Below are positions 49,259 through 62,920 of a stretch of 64,000 bases of DNA, piece after piece. Location of the stretch: contig NW_026782065.1 in the NCBI RefSeq assembly GCF_031769215.1, positions 62,001-126,000 on the forward strand. The letters run 5' to 3'. Every line of letters begins with the position of its first letter. Within the stretch, counting starts at the first letter, position 1. The DNA is from Ylistrum balloti. Taxonomy: Eukaryota. A model generated the notes under the pieces. The model did no database searches, was not told the origin of the DNA, and worked only from the letters and a program-made list of their open reading frames with translations. The translations under genes were made by a program, and so were the position numbers.

Positions 49259-49876
49259 CTATGATAGCCCTACACGGTTCGACGTCTTGCAGGAACAGGG
49301 GTGAGAGATTGTTTCAGAGTGTAATTTTTCTAAATTAAATCTTTTTATAATACAAACCAATGTACGAGCATGATATGCCGGAGTAATTTTGGTGGTCATT
49401 ATCACGTGGTCTTTTCTGTCATGATTATGACGGATGTGGTACAATAATACGTATTACCACTTACAGACTTGTAAACGTGATGTTACCAATAACACAAGCT
49501 GAGAGTCCGAGACTGAATAAATCAAATCCCCAAATTGACCTGTAAATATTGTGAGTTTAGGTTCTTTAGTGCCCAGTCCTTTACGTATCAGTGATTGTAC
49601 ATAGATATATACTGGTTTCACATCAACCTGCATCTCCATGTACAGACTACTTAATTACGTCAACTGAAAGCGACATATTAAGTAACCCATATCCACCATG
49701 CTGTGTTGTTGACTAGATTTCATACTTTTTACAACATCAGGAATAGAGTTGATGGAGATGTCGAAATTAATTCCATTGTTACAGTATTCATCAGGCTTTA
49801 TACTCCGGACAAAGCCCGGGGCGATACGATTGAATAGAATTAATGAAGGCGTGATAAAGTGGATTGCAATATCAAA
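49259..49876 (-). pseudogene. Disrupted reading frame (206 codons, 2 internal stops), family unidentified
   Basis: Track ORFs 49639-49454 and 49444-49259 are in the same frame separated by one TAA, and the frame extends upstream to 49876 with one more stop. Confidence 0.5.
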
Positions 49877-50299
49877 TTAACGTCGTACGTAAGGTTAAAT
49901 TAATACTGAAGACGAGTATTGACACGAAGGCGACCAATCACAACATCGATTACTACACATAGGATGTAAATTCCCCCGTGTCTCTGGTCGCCTTGACATC
50001 TAAGCATTGACTCCTTCCGCCGGGTAGCAAACATATCGTTGGTTATACCTGTATAACTGCCTATATGACAACAGGTTTCCGTCAAGTGTTTTGAATTTAG
50101 ACTTAAGTGATCCATATCGTTTTTCCTACCTGAGAGGACTCTACCAAATACCTTGGAATTAACTACGTGAAATATAGACAGTGATATGTAAATAAGTCTG
50201 GAATCAATTTGATCAATAACGTAAATTCTTTAATAAAAAGATCCAGTGGGATTGCAGCTGTGTTTTTACCAAAGGACAACATTCCTTGAATGATTGAAA

Positions 50300-51999
50300 A
50301 TGCCAATTCCCCGAGAGCCGAGGAAAAAGAAAAGTAAGTGTTTACAAAATGCAGTGAAATCGTACAGGAATCACAGGGAATCATAACTAGACCTAATTGG
50401 CCTGCAGGGATCATCCGATGTAATTGAATTTATGTAACGAACGTTTGATACACTGTGACTCTGACCCTAATTCGCCTTTCATGTTATTAGTGTTGGTTAA
50501 TTAGATAAAAGCGATAGACATTCACTCCAGAATGTTACAGACAGATGAACGACAGAATATCACGCCGTCATAACGCTTACTATAGAAGTTAAACTCATTA
50601 ACTTTACATGTCTCTTATTTCTAAGGTCTCTACAACTTCTACATCTCTTTTCTAGTGTTGAATTCAGTTTTTGTTCTTGTGTTGCTAAAGCATGTTTTAA
50701 TTTTAGGGAATCATGAAACCCTGTATTTTGCATATTCATGGGAAATTTTATTAAAGTCTGAACGGTAAAATTCTATAGCGGAGTTATAAATCTTTATCTA
50801 CCATACATAAACATTTGTGGACAATTTAACAAACCTGTTTCATTAATAATTTGTAGCATATCAACCTTATTGTCCTGTAAGTGGCCTATTTTTACAACTC
50901 CTATCTTAAACCCTTCTATACCAACACAATGGGTGCCTACTGGTCCTAAATCTTACCAGTCAACACCAACACAATGGGTGCCTACTGGTCCTAAATCTTA
51001 CCAGTCAACACCAACACAATGGGTGCCTACTGGTCCTAAATCTTACCAGTCAACACCAACACAATGGGTGCCTACTGGTCCTAAATCTTACCAGTCAACA
51101 CCAACACAATGGGTGCCTACTGGTCCTAAATCTTACCAGTCAACACCAACACAATGGGTGTCTACTGGTCCTAAATCTTATCAGGCAACACCAACACAAT
51201 TGGTGTCCCCTGGTCCTAAATTTGACCTGTCAACACCAACACAATGGGGCCTACTGATCCTAAATCTAACCAGTCAACACCAACACAATGGGTGTCTATT
51301 GGTCCTAAATCTTACCACTCAACACCAACACAATGGATGCCTACTGGTCCTAAATCTTATCAGTCCACACCAACACAATGGGTGCCTACTGGTCCTAAAT
51401 CTTACAAGCCAACACCAACACAATGGGTGCCTACTGGTCCTAAATTTACCCTGTCAACACCAACACAATGGGTGCTTACTGGTCCTAAATTTAAACTCTT
51501 GACACCAACACAACCTGTGTCTATGGGTCCTTAATCTAACATATCAACATATGATTTGTTTCTTTTGTCTTTCTGAACATAACACACATTTATATACTTA
51601 ATTTGGTTTACAGTGGCGACCACAACTAAGTCAAAGGAGTCGGCAGTGCTGAAGGATAGCAGTCTCGCCATTCTAGCAAAGGAAATCGGCCAGGATGATT
51701 TGAATGGACTTGTGTTGACCATGTACCTTAATGTCCCAAACACAGACATTGTAAATATTGCCAATGGGGCATCAGAGTGTGGACTCCTCAATGCCAACGA
51801 ATCTCTGAGAACGGAAACCACGCGAAAATGTCTCATGCACTGGAAGAACATGCGTGCTGGAGCAAAGGAGAGGGAGAAAGTAAAGGAACTGGACAGAGCA
51901 TTGAAGGAACTTGGAAAAGCAGAAATTGCTGATATTGTATCAGAGCGACACTCTAATAATGCAGAGCTGACACCTGACGCTTTCTCTAATCTTGGTTAA
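50300..51999 (+). CDS. Death-domain-only protein (139 aa, 2 coding exons)
   Basis: Exon 50300-50333 (MPIPREPRKKK, phase-1 GTAAGT donor, in-frame TGA upstream) joins exon 51614-51999 (TTTACAG acceptor). LAILAKEIGQDDL...L...I..I...CLMHWK...LDRALKELGKAEIADIV fits the death-domain helix pattern, including the conserved Trp. AATAAA at ~52065. Confidence 0.75.
50915..51510. repeat. 45-bp minisatellite (~13 copies) in the intron of the death-domain gene
   Basis: Unit ACACCAACACAATGGGTGCCTACTGGTCCTAAATCTTACCAGTCA. Confidence 0.95.
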
Positions 52000-52829
52000 A
52001 TGGTTCTTTCTGAATCTAAACCCATTCTTCTACATCGACCCAAACATTTTGTATTTACCGTTATAAATAAAAAGTTGGACGCAGTGTATCAGGTTGCATT
52101 GTGTTGTTAAAGAAACATGCTAAATTGGTGAAATATGAATCTCCTTTCTAAAGAGTTCCATGACATACTGAAATTGAAATGCCTAGCCCATATACCAGAA
52201 ATAGACTCAGATAAGGTTCGAATAGATAATGGACTTTCAAAGGACTTGCCAAGGATCACCTGAGTGCAACTCTCAGGACAATATGGTCTGTGGCTGCTTG
52301 AAGAAAAAAACTTACAATTATCACCATTATTGAACTGTATACTTTAAAAAAATAGATATGCATTTTCAACTGCCAAAAAAAAGTGCTTTGGGATAATCTT
52401 TTGAATTACTTTTATACAAATACTGCAAATAAATATATAAATTTGTATCATGGTAACATGTGTTTTTCGTAACTAATCCCTCAGAATGTTTGCCCTGTAC
52501 TCATGCTCAAAGTCATCTTGGCTTCAAAGAAACGAAATTACATGAGATAATTGCAGAATGAACATATAAGTGGTATGTCATATTTATTCATTTCATGTTT
52601 GAAATATGTATTGTGAATATCATTTTAATGCCTGAAAGTGAGAACTTCTAAACACCTTATGGTTAATATCAAACAAAAATAATTTGTGACTTGTTAATAG
52701 TAAATTACATACCTGTTCCATCCTGCTCAGGACTCTCCATTCTAGCCAAAGTAAACTTATCCCAATATTTCCCATCTGATCAGCATTTCAAGTTGATTGA
52801 TATGAAAATGTTTCATGTATTGATGTATC

Positions 52830-53580
52830 TCAAGGTGTCAGAGGTTAAGTCAAGACAATGTGTCTTGTATCTCCCAATGTCAGGGACACAAGGTGTCAGA
52901 GGTAAAGTCTAGACAATGTGTCTTGTATCTCCCGATGTCAGGGACACAAGAAGGTGTCGGAGGTAAAGTCTAGACAATGTGTCTTATATCTCCCAATGCT
53001 AAGGACATAAGGTGTCAGAGGTAAAGTCTAGATAATGTGTCTTGTATTGATGTATCACCTGATATTAGGGACACAACAAGGTGTCAGAGGTAAAGTCTAG
53101 ACAATGTGTCTTGTATTGATCTATCACCTGATGTTAGGGTCACAACAAGGTGTCAGAGGTAAAGTCTTGACAATGTGTATTGTGTTGATGTATCTCCCGA
53201 TGTTAGGGACAAAAGGTGTCAGAGGTAAGGCCAAGACAATGTGTCTTGTATTGATGTATCCCCTGATGTTAGGGACACAAGGTGTCAGAGGTAAAGTCTA
53301 GACAATGTGTCTTGTATCTTCCGATGTTAGGGACACAAGGTGTCAGAGGTAAAGTCTAGACAATGTGTCTTGTATTGATGTATCCCCTGATGTTATGGAC
53401 ACAACAAGGTGTCAGAGGTAAAGTCTAGACAATGTGTCTTGTATCTCCCGATGTTAGGGACACAAGGTGTCAGAGGTAAAGTCTTGACAATGTGTCTTGT
53501 ATTGATGTATCCCCTGATGTTATGGACACAAGGTGTCAGAGGTAAGGCCAAGACAATGTGTCTTGTATTGATGTATCCCA
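52830..53580. repeat. 58-bp minisatellite with ~67-70-bp long variants (~12 copies)
   Basis: Unit AAGGTGTCAGAGGTAAAGTCTAGACAATGTGTCTTGTATCTCCCGATGTTAGGGACAC, with or without a TTGATGTAT-type insert. Confidence 0.93.
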
Positions 53581-56500
53581 TTGACGACAATGATTAAAAT
53601 TTGTCATGTGTATTCAAATTAAAACAGAAAATTCCATTAAAATGATAAAGTAACACATTAGATGATGTATACCGGAAATGAAAAAAATAATGATACTAAT
53701 AATTAAGTATATTCATAGTGATATTTTATTCGCATGATTTTACGTTAACAATCATCAACATTTAGACTTAAATTAGTAAAAACATTTCCCATTATTAGGT
53801 AAAAGCACCACACTTTACAGAACATTCTAATTATTTCTCTTTTTTTTTACAATTTTAGTAAAATACAAAACAGAAAGAACAGAAGGACAATTAAAAAAAT
53901 AATCATTTTTCAAACTGACATGTAATATGTGTGCAACCAACTATCACATACTTTGTCAAAAGTATGTTGGACACCTTTGGGAAAAGAACCAATGGCATTC
54001 CACTCCACCAAAGGCAGTTTTATATAGAAATGTCCTCCACTTGTTATTTGGAGATACTAGAACTTATAATAAAATTCCTGGAATAATGAGTATTTCATTT
54101 ATTCTAAGAAAAGCTCCCTCCCTTATAGATGTCCTTTGATTCATTTTCTGTAAGGTAAACCATATACCTACAGAAGTCCAGAACAAATTATGATGTGATC
54201 TTTTAAACATCCCTTAATTGAAAAATGTCAAACCCTTCGAAGATTTGTTAAAATAACTCACGTTTCAGAAATACATGATTTCAAACAAAATGAAATTGTC
54301 CAACAAAACATATAAATACACAGATGCAAGTGAGTGAGGTGGCAAGTTTTATCTTTGATCTAGAATTTTAAAAGTTTAAATGTAGCACATATATATAATC
54401 TAGTGGAACACAGTCTGTCCTTTATCAAGTACAAGTTTCATAAACATGATATTCTAACCTCATGGAAATGGAAAATGACGAGACATATAAATCTTATTTA
54501 CACTGTACAAAATACTACTGAAGATGTGAAATGTTGTAAATGAATTAGGTATTACACAAAACATACAAATTTTCACATATTTTGAAATGCTCTATGTTCT
54601 TGGTGACTGGATAAATTTACAAAATATTTGTATGATTGAAATTCTTCTTATTTTTGTCATATAAAGCTTCCTTGATTTTTAAGAGCAAGCAAATGCTTTG
54701 TTTTGTTTTGATTTCATTATGATAATAAGGATTATTTACTTGTAAAATATCCTGAAACTACCAAATTTCTTTTCACAATTTTTTTAATATGAACCAATCC
54801 AAAAAATGTTTCCCTTTTTTTTCAAAATTTCGAGAGATATTTGAAAAATAATACTAATTTTTTGTAGTCTAATGACCTATTTTTAAATCTCAAAGTTCTA
54901 GTATGGTACGCACATATAAAATTGTCATGGTATCAATTAGAGGGCATCACTACATTTACTGTCACCTTACTTACAAACAATAAATAAAGGAATGGCACAC
55001 TGCATTACATCTTACACACACTTTCACTTAGAGCAGTTGAAAATGTCCCTAAACAATGATCATACAGAGGCAGATCATTTATAGTAGATCTGGTGCTGTA
55101 TGATATCAGATCTTAGTAAAGGAGAATAGGTTGGATAAAAAAAACCAATCCATGAATGGATGAAAAATAAAAGAAGCACTACACATATTTGATACTATGG
55201 TATTGAGTGCTTAGATTCAAGCAAGCCTAGTATTAAATTGTATCCCAACTTTTTCATTTAGAAGATAAAACACAGTTATAATGAAAAACAATTAGATTTC
55301 AGATCAATTAAGATCTGAACTTTATAATCCTCAATTAATATAATTACATAACATTATGATTTAAATAGCACACATTATTTCTTAATAGTTTAAATGTTCA
55401 ATAAGTCATGATAATTCTACAGAAACATGCTTTGCCTAATGGCAAAGATTCTCATTTTGCAGCAGACATATACAATGAACTATAGTATTTGAACTTACAT
55501 ATATATATACACGAGTGTCAATAATCATTACTACAGAAATGGATTTTTCACCAAAAATTAGAGATTTGTATGTTAAAGCAGCACTACTGGGAACCAACAG
55601 TGCCATTATTACACGAAAAAATTGTTTGTGTATCACTAATCTCCATTATATGCTTACATATTATGAAGTTAGAAATTTCTGTTTCCCACTGCTTAGTAAA
55701 ATTAGTGATATATTATTTGTATGTGTTGATCAGTCTTTAAATCTTTTGTTTTAGTAAGGAAGAAGAAAGCTAAATTGACAAAAATTGGCACAATTTTCAT
55801 AAATCTTAAATAAAAATGAAACAAATGTAACATCCATTGAAGTTCAAGATCAAACATTTTTCACTTTATATGTACAGCAGTAACCATGCTTTTTGACATC
55901 ATTTGTGAAATTACTGGCTCTACATCACTAGCTTCCATTGTGCCTTCATTATACCAGTATGATATTAAACTTTTCACATGATGCCATTTTTTTATTTTTC
56001 ATATGTGATTATGAAATGAGTCTAAGAATTTTGAATTTCAACAAGCCTCTGGCAACTGTTCTCTATAACCACATATAGGATGTCAGAACAGCATGAATAA
56101 AGTGTTGGATGGATTAAGGATACTTAACTGTACATCACTGATCATACACAAAGATTGTGAGTGATTAGAGAAGCCACTTAATTACAACATACTCTGTTGT
56201 TCAATATTGCAATAATCCCATCAGGTAAAAAAATCACTTTCTTACAACCTGAAGAAAGGGATAGAACACTAAAATTCTCAACAGTATATCCACTTCATCC
56301 AAACGTTATCTGTTGTGATATCTGTAAATATAAACATGTAACTGGTATAGAAACAAATATTGGTAATTATCACCTCAAATAACAGTGAATATTTCTTATA
56401 TTTTTAAGTATCAAGACTAATAATAATTTAGCCAGGCAAAGTTAATTTTAAAGATATGTTGGAAATACATTTTTATATCCATAAGCTTTCTGTTAAAAAA

Positions 56501-57720
56501 TCAGTGGAACTTAACCATTTCATAGCATACTGATAACACAGTGCATCCACTATTGTTGATCCCAGGTGTAAGAAATTAACAAATGTGTATGAACTATCTC
56601 CGGCTTGACTTATGCCTGGTTTGACACTGCACAAAGCCAAGTACTTTGATGGGAAACATTAGTAATTGTACAACGTTTTACAAGATAACTTTTTGTGTAA
56701 ATATTGCTATCATTTTCACTTTTCACATACAAATGTTAATAGTAGTCATGAAGCTCACCTGATTTGGAGGATATGTTGCCGTGTATATTACATTCTGTTG
56801 ATCTGTTGCCAAGATATTGCTTTGTAATGTGTGGGCATCTGTTGAATATCAATATTAGAAAGTTATAAGGAATTAATGTTATAACTTCAAGTACAAATTC
56901 TTCCCTATATCTTTGGTAAATCAGGTTATTATGGGGAATTGTTTTAATGGTAAAGAACATGATCTCACTAGAAGATATAATCAATTCATTAAACAATTCT
57001 GTAATAAGAATTCCCCCTGATTCCAGATCGCTATAACGAGTAAGTCTCCATTGAAATAATCGTTCAGAAAAAAAATATATATATGACTGTTTCGTACTGT
57101 AGGTCAAAAGTATTGTTTTCATATATATGGGACATGTATGTACAAATGTTTTGCATATTTTTGAAAGAGTTATAGCCAATTTCCAAACTTAAAAAAAAAA
57201 AGAAAAAAAAGATACGTGCTGTGAACCATGTGATCTACCTGCACCTACTAAATCTGATTTCTGCAGTACCTAAATATTCTGAGAAATTGATTCAACACAT
57301 TTTTATCATGTAGAGAGTGGATATGTATACAAAGGGAAATATAACACTTGTTTCCACTACTTCAAGACAAAATTTAGCAAGAGAGTACCTGTTATAGAGA
57401 AATAAAATAGCCACATTGTTATCTACACCAGTTAACTGTAAATAAACAGAGACGGAGATGGAGAGAAGGACACATACTTGACTTCATTAGGTCCTTGTAG
57501 GGTATGGTGCTGTAGTTTGTTACATACTAACAAAAGATGAAATACCTTTTAACACAAATGTTGATCTGGGCACCACTATATACCTTGTATAGCTGATGAA
57601 GTTAGCCAAATAAAAATTTAGAAATCATATATAAACAAACACTTTCACAGTAATGAACTAAATGCATCACATTGAAATTTATAATACGGATGTTTTATAA
57701 CAAGGCATTTTGTTACTTAC

Positions 57721-60336
57721 TAAAACTGTCTTCTGAGAGATCTTCTAGTCTACTTTCCTCCGTTATTTGGCCCGACTTGTCACCTTTTGCAGACTGGGGG
57801 TGGAAATATTTATCAATGTATTCAAAACTACTACAAAAATATTAAGTAAATACATAGTAAATGTACATGTAGCCAATTCAGCAATGTGAAACCCATGACA
57901 GATTTACGGAGTCTGGGCAATTGAGGTTTATATCGAGAAAGGCTTATTTTTGACTAAAAGATTTTCAAGTTCATGTTCAATGCTTTTGCCTTAATTACAT
58001 AACAAATATGTGTCAAAGATTGTACAAAAGACACACAAATGAATAGCACCTTGTCAAACAATGAATTAAACTATCTCATACAGCTGCTTTGTCCTTCTAG
58101 AACTTGTCAGTCCCATAATTCAATAAATTTTGTAATTTTCATATGTCAAATAATCTTAGAACTATGTCATATACATGTGTATATTCTGAATTGTGTCAAT
58201 ATTTGAATGAATTATAATGTGGCATGCAGCTTATGGCAAACCTCTGGGACTTAAAAGTCCAACAGCAGTATCTACAACCTGAGATCTCAAACTGTAACTT
58301 AATGATACTCCAGGCAACAAAATCACTGTAGATAATACAGAGGAAAGACAAAACCTCAAGTCTTAAAATGAAGATGACAACTACTGTGTTTGATAACTAA
58401 ATATAATATTAATGCCTTGTAACTTTGAACATTTATTGAATATAGAGAACATAACAGTCATAACAAATAATACAATGTACAAAGACCCACTCACTTCTCG
58501 ATATTTTTGAAGGTATAATTTCAGTGGTTCAACGTAGCTGTCGAATCCAAGAGTTGACATCGCAAATAAAATGTCTTCTCCATTTATAGTTTTTCTCTTT
58601 TCCTGATGACATCTCTCACTAGCTCTTCATAGGAGTTAAGGGTCATGTATATCATACAGTGTACACATTCCAGTACACTTAAGTACACATTATCAATAGG
58701 AAGACTTTCTGTATGTGAAACAATACCAAGAGATGTGATTAGGTAATACTAGTTTAGCAACTGATCAATATGATATAAGTATCTAAATAACAAGTCTGCT
58801 TCCTTCTGGACTCGTTAATATAATATAAATAAAAAAGATTCTGACAGAGGGGAAAAAACTAAATAATCCAATAAAGGATACTCGCTGGTAATAAAACTGA
58901 TGAACTCTGATACACATTCCTGAACACATTCTTTGGCATCTTTTGCAATCTGTAACAAACAGGAATTATGTATTACATCTAGTTATTTCCAGTGGGTCTA
59001 CAGTAAATTCAAATAGAAACATGTTATGTTAGATGCAACATGAATATTTGGGTAATTTAGTCAATGATTTTGAATACTGTTTGAATTAATTTAGAATGAC
59101 TCCTGGTTGCAATAGATCCTATATTAATACTTAATTGTTTAGTTTTAGACTAATGTTTTTCAAAAACATCTTAATCATATTGTTTTGAAACAATACACAT
59201 TTAATAATACTGTACTCACTTTACCAGATTTAGGAATTGATTTCTTCATTATTCTTGCAACATTAGCAATAGGAAGAAATCTGTCCTGTAAGAGATGAAC
59301 AAACTCAATTAACATTTGTCTGTCAACAGGTGAAAAAAAACCTGCCAACGGAATGTAGCGTATCAGCATGTAAATAAACAATGAAAGTGACATTGTTGTC
59401 ACAATTACTTTATATCACAATCCCTGGAAGATAATTATCTACGACAATATTTATCATTACAAAATAAGTTGTATTTTCATGTCAAATTATAATCATGTGA
59501 TGTAGTAAATAAATTTATCCAATGTGTATCAAACTCATACTGCAGTCACAAAGGAATATGATATATCTGACCTGTTCTCTAAGTGGCTCATTATCTCGGG
59601 GTTCATCATCATTTTCAACTGACTGTAAAGTTTCATCTCCATCTGTTCATGAAAACCAATGTATATCCAGTATTATTTAAGATAATGAATTAAAAGATGA
59701 AAAGTTGTATGTAGGGTATGAAATATAGATACATATGTACTGATATGAATATTTTATAAAGTAAGATGAAAACTAGATTTGGGAAATTTCCTAGTCTAAC
59801 CTATAGACATAGACTACAGTAATAAACAAAAGACACCAGCATCAGCTATGACACAAAATGTACAAGATGAGATCATTGTGCTATGGAATATTACTAATAT
59901 ATCCACACTTACAATGTAATATGTACTGATATGTATATACTACTGTGATCTGATAAAATTCATTTGAATTCTTTTTTTAATAAGTGACAACAACCTTTTA
60001 CGGGGGAGACTATTTTAGGACTAATGGATACATTTGTCTTATCTTATCTGGATATTCTGGTATGACTTTGCCTTCCTGTTAGTAGAAACAGTTGTATGAG
60101 AAACTTTAGTGCCTGTTTATGTATATTATATATATAATCAAAATTGAACTGTCACTAAACCAGCCATTAACAATTGTCAGAACTTTCTTCATTGTTTGTA
60201 CTATAAATCCTACCTTCTGGAAACTGATAGTCTTCCAGGTAAAACAAAAATACCTACCATCCTGTAGTTGCACTGATCCTGAAAACATGGAGTCACCAAG
60301 GCTATCTACAGCACCATCTCCTGAATTACCATCCAT
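57721..60336 (-). CDS. NFYB: Nuclear transcription factor Y subunit beta (CCAAT-binding, histone fold); last exon(s) unresolved
   Basis: Exons 60336-60258, 59642-59572, 59285-59220, 58949-58882, 58624-58495, 57793-57721, phase-consistent. [92 protein letters not shown] is nearly identical to the recalled human NF-YB core. Confidence 0.96.
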
Positions 60337-60699
60337 TATAGCTCACCTGATTTGAAGAATGTAAAACACACCATGATCATCATGTAGAAGTAAGTTACAC
60401 AAGATATACTATATTTAAATTCATTGCTAAGTTTCTTGGACACTACAGAAATATTGGCATGATTGCAGGTCTATCCACAACTTAATATATTTTACAAGTT
60501 AGTCTAACAGGAAATGCCAACAAAAGGAAGACTGAAGTTAACATTAACTTATCAATTATTTGATGAAGTCCTTACAGGTATATATCAAATAGGGCATCTG
60601 TGTTATCAAATACTGTGTCTTCTTCATTTAACAAAAAAAATCATGCTGTAACCCTGGTAAAATATTAGCTGCAATATACCACTCGGCTAGTGAGAACTT

Positions 60700-60772
60700 C
60701 TCTTAAGCTTGATTGGTTGAGCATCAGACTAGTATGCCAGGGGTACCAGGTTCGATTCCTAGCGGAGGCATT
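60700..60772 (+). mobile_element. tRNA-derived SINE head / tRNA-like remnant
   Basis: A-box-like TAAGCTTGATTGGTTGAGC and B box GGTTCGATTCC, but no intact cloverleaf. A similar remnant is at ~63700 (GGGTTCAAACCC). Confidence 0.45.
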
Positions 60773-61999
60773 GAAATAAATAATAATGACCTCTGTTACA
60801 ATGCTATGAGATATTGTGTATTGTGTTCACAGGTTGTCTGTGAATAGTAGTTATCACCATTATATACTCTTTTGAAACTGGAGGATATTTTAAACATGCC
60901 AAATGGGCATATATAACATTGCATATAATCAATTATGGCAGTAAATATCAAACTTCTGGTTGTCTCAACTTTATATTTTCTTCACATGTATTCAATTTCA
61001 ATAGGAAAAAGTCTTAATACAAAGATTAAAAGCAATGATCTTTCATTCCAAAGGATTAAGAACAACAACACAGTGACAATTATTTAATCAAGCATTTCCT
61101 TTAACTTCATATGTTGTTAAATGACTGCATTGAGGGTTTTCATTTTGTGAATATTTGAAGAAAAGTAACTTAAGAAATTTGAAAGATTTAAAATCATTTG
61201 TCTTCTTTCAGAAACACATTTTCCACTGCCACACTTAGTCATTTTTGTGCGATATATTGGCAATATTTTAGTATTTTCAACTCTGGCACAAGATATCCAA
61301 AGAAGGGAAATAACTCCTCTGAAATTGTCGTTACTCCTATGACAATTTTGAAACAATACAAGAGTCTTCATAAGATCAAGCAGCTAAATAGCTATCATAG
61401 ACTTTGATTATTGTATATTATCTATATACCAAATCATTAAACCAGACACTTGACCTGTACAGGTAGTAGGTAAAGTCAAAGGCCTGATATTTGTTGTTAC
61501 TCCTTCTAATCATGTTATGTTGTTGTTAGTACTATTTGAACATTGTCAGTTTGAGTAAAGTTCAATGTCTTTTTGACATCTCAATAAAGGCATGACAGCT
61601 TCAATTCAATGGATGACATCAACATCAACACACTTTCAAAAATTAAGACAATTAAAATCTGTATGCAAACTTAAAAGAGAGCAAGATACCATATTGGTTA
61701 CATTAGAAGCATGTATAGGAGTAGATTAAATTTGTGGTTAATAAGAGTGAGTAAATGTAATAAAAATTAAAATGAATGGAACTCGAATTCAGGACAGCAA
61801 AACATTGGACTACCCTGAAAAAGTTCCATTCCCTAGAATTTTACATTTTGCTATACTCCAGCACATAAAATCATAAAATTGCGAAACTTAAGTCTAAATA
61901 GGCTTTAATTCATAGCTCAAACGTTACATTTCATTGTTAAAAAATACGAGAGATTTCATGTAGTTTCATTTAACACGTAATGCCACTTCAGAGTGTCGA

Positions 62000-62920
62000 C
62001 AAAACGATAGGGCCAATAGGTTTTCCGTGTTGGTGGTTTCGAAGTGGATCTTGGGCCAAAACGACATTTGGTCAAGTTAAAGCATATAACTGAAGGATTT
62101 CATACATTAAAAACTAGTCGATCTAATACAAATATCCACAAAAGGCGTAGAAATGACAAGACAGGTGAACGAAATGGGCGAAATTTATATTTCACACCGA
62201 AATCATTCTTTTAACAACACAAAAGAAACATGGCGCCTCGTATATTGAAGTCTATCTTGAAACATGTGAAGCTTTGGTTTACATATTTGATTTTCCATTG
62301 AAGTATTCACGTGTATGTCAATTCAAAATAATCGCACGTGTAGACCATTGGCCATTAGGATAGTATCAACAAACCTCTGTGATTGAGAAGAACTTGAGAA
62401 ATTGGTTGGTCAATGCAGGAGCCAGTGAGATTTCAGAGACTGCCAGCCACTCAGCAGAGAATGTGACATTCGATGGCTGTTAAATTAATTGTCTCGTCCC
62501 ATGGAAACTCTTCATTAATTTAATGAATTTATATGTATGACATTTAAGCACAGTAATTTGCAACTAATGAATTAATATTTTTCGGACATACAGCTTTCTT
62601 GAATTCGTACATGTTACTTCACAAATAGAAATAACATCAAAATTGGCATAATGACGTGGTTGTTTGATTAATGTAACAGCCGAGTGTGATTACGTTTCCT
62701 GACCTTGCAGTTTAATGTATAGGTCTGTGATCATAGCGCTGTTTTCGTATTCAGAAAGAAATCTTCGTAATGTAACCGAAATCAGTTAAGAATTATCGTT
62801 AAATTTAATTTATTCAATAAATGACTATGGTATAAATGAAGCTATAGAATAACTACGCTTACAATACGTGCAGATATTATTGCCCTCTGTGAAACACAAA
62901 ACGGAAGTGACGAATATCTG
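62000..62920. promoter_or_regulatory. Probable NFYB promoter / first-exon region
   Basis: CpG-richer. CCAAT at 62012 and ATTGG at ~62347 and ~62402, a YY1-like AAACATGGCG at ~62227, an ETS-CRE composite CGGAAGTGACG at 62902-62912 and a minus-strand GTAAGC donor near 62860. Confidence 0.5.

Noticed and set aside
50870-51534. Mucin-like PTQWVPTGPKSYQST ORFs
   Set aside because: 45-bp repeat inside the phase-consistent intron of the death-domain gene, with no splice signals tying it in.
45590-53580. Donor-like GTAA motifs in other minisatellites (45590-46490, 50915-51510, 52830-53580)
   Set aside because: Not anchored to any exon end. Short motifs like these are expected by chance.
60195-60257. 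Alternative downstream donor or 18-nt micro-exon after NFYB coding exon 1
   Set aside because: The downstream donor is phase 0 and incompatible with the next exon, and the micro-exon model needs an implausible ~26-nt intron.
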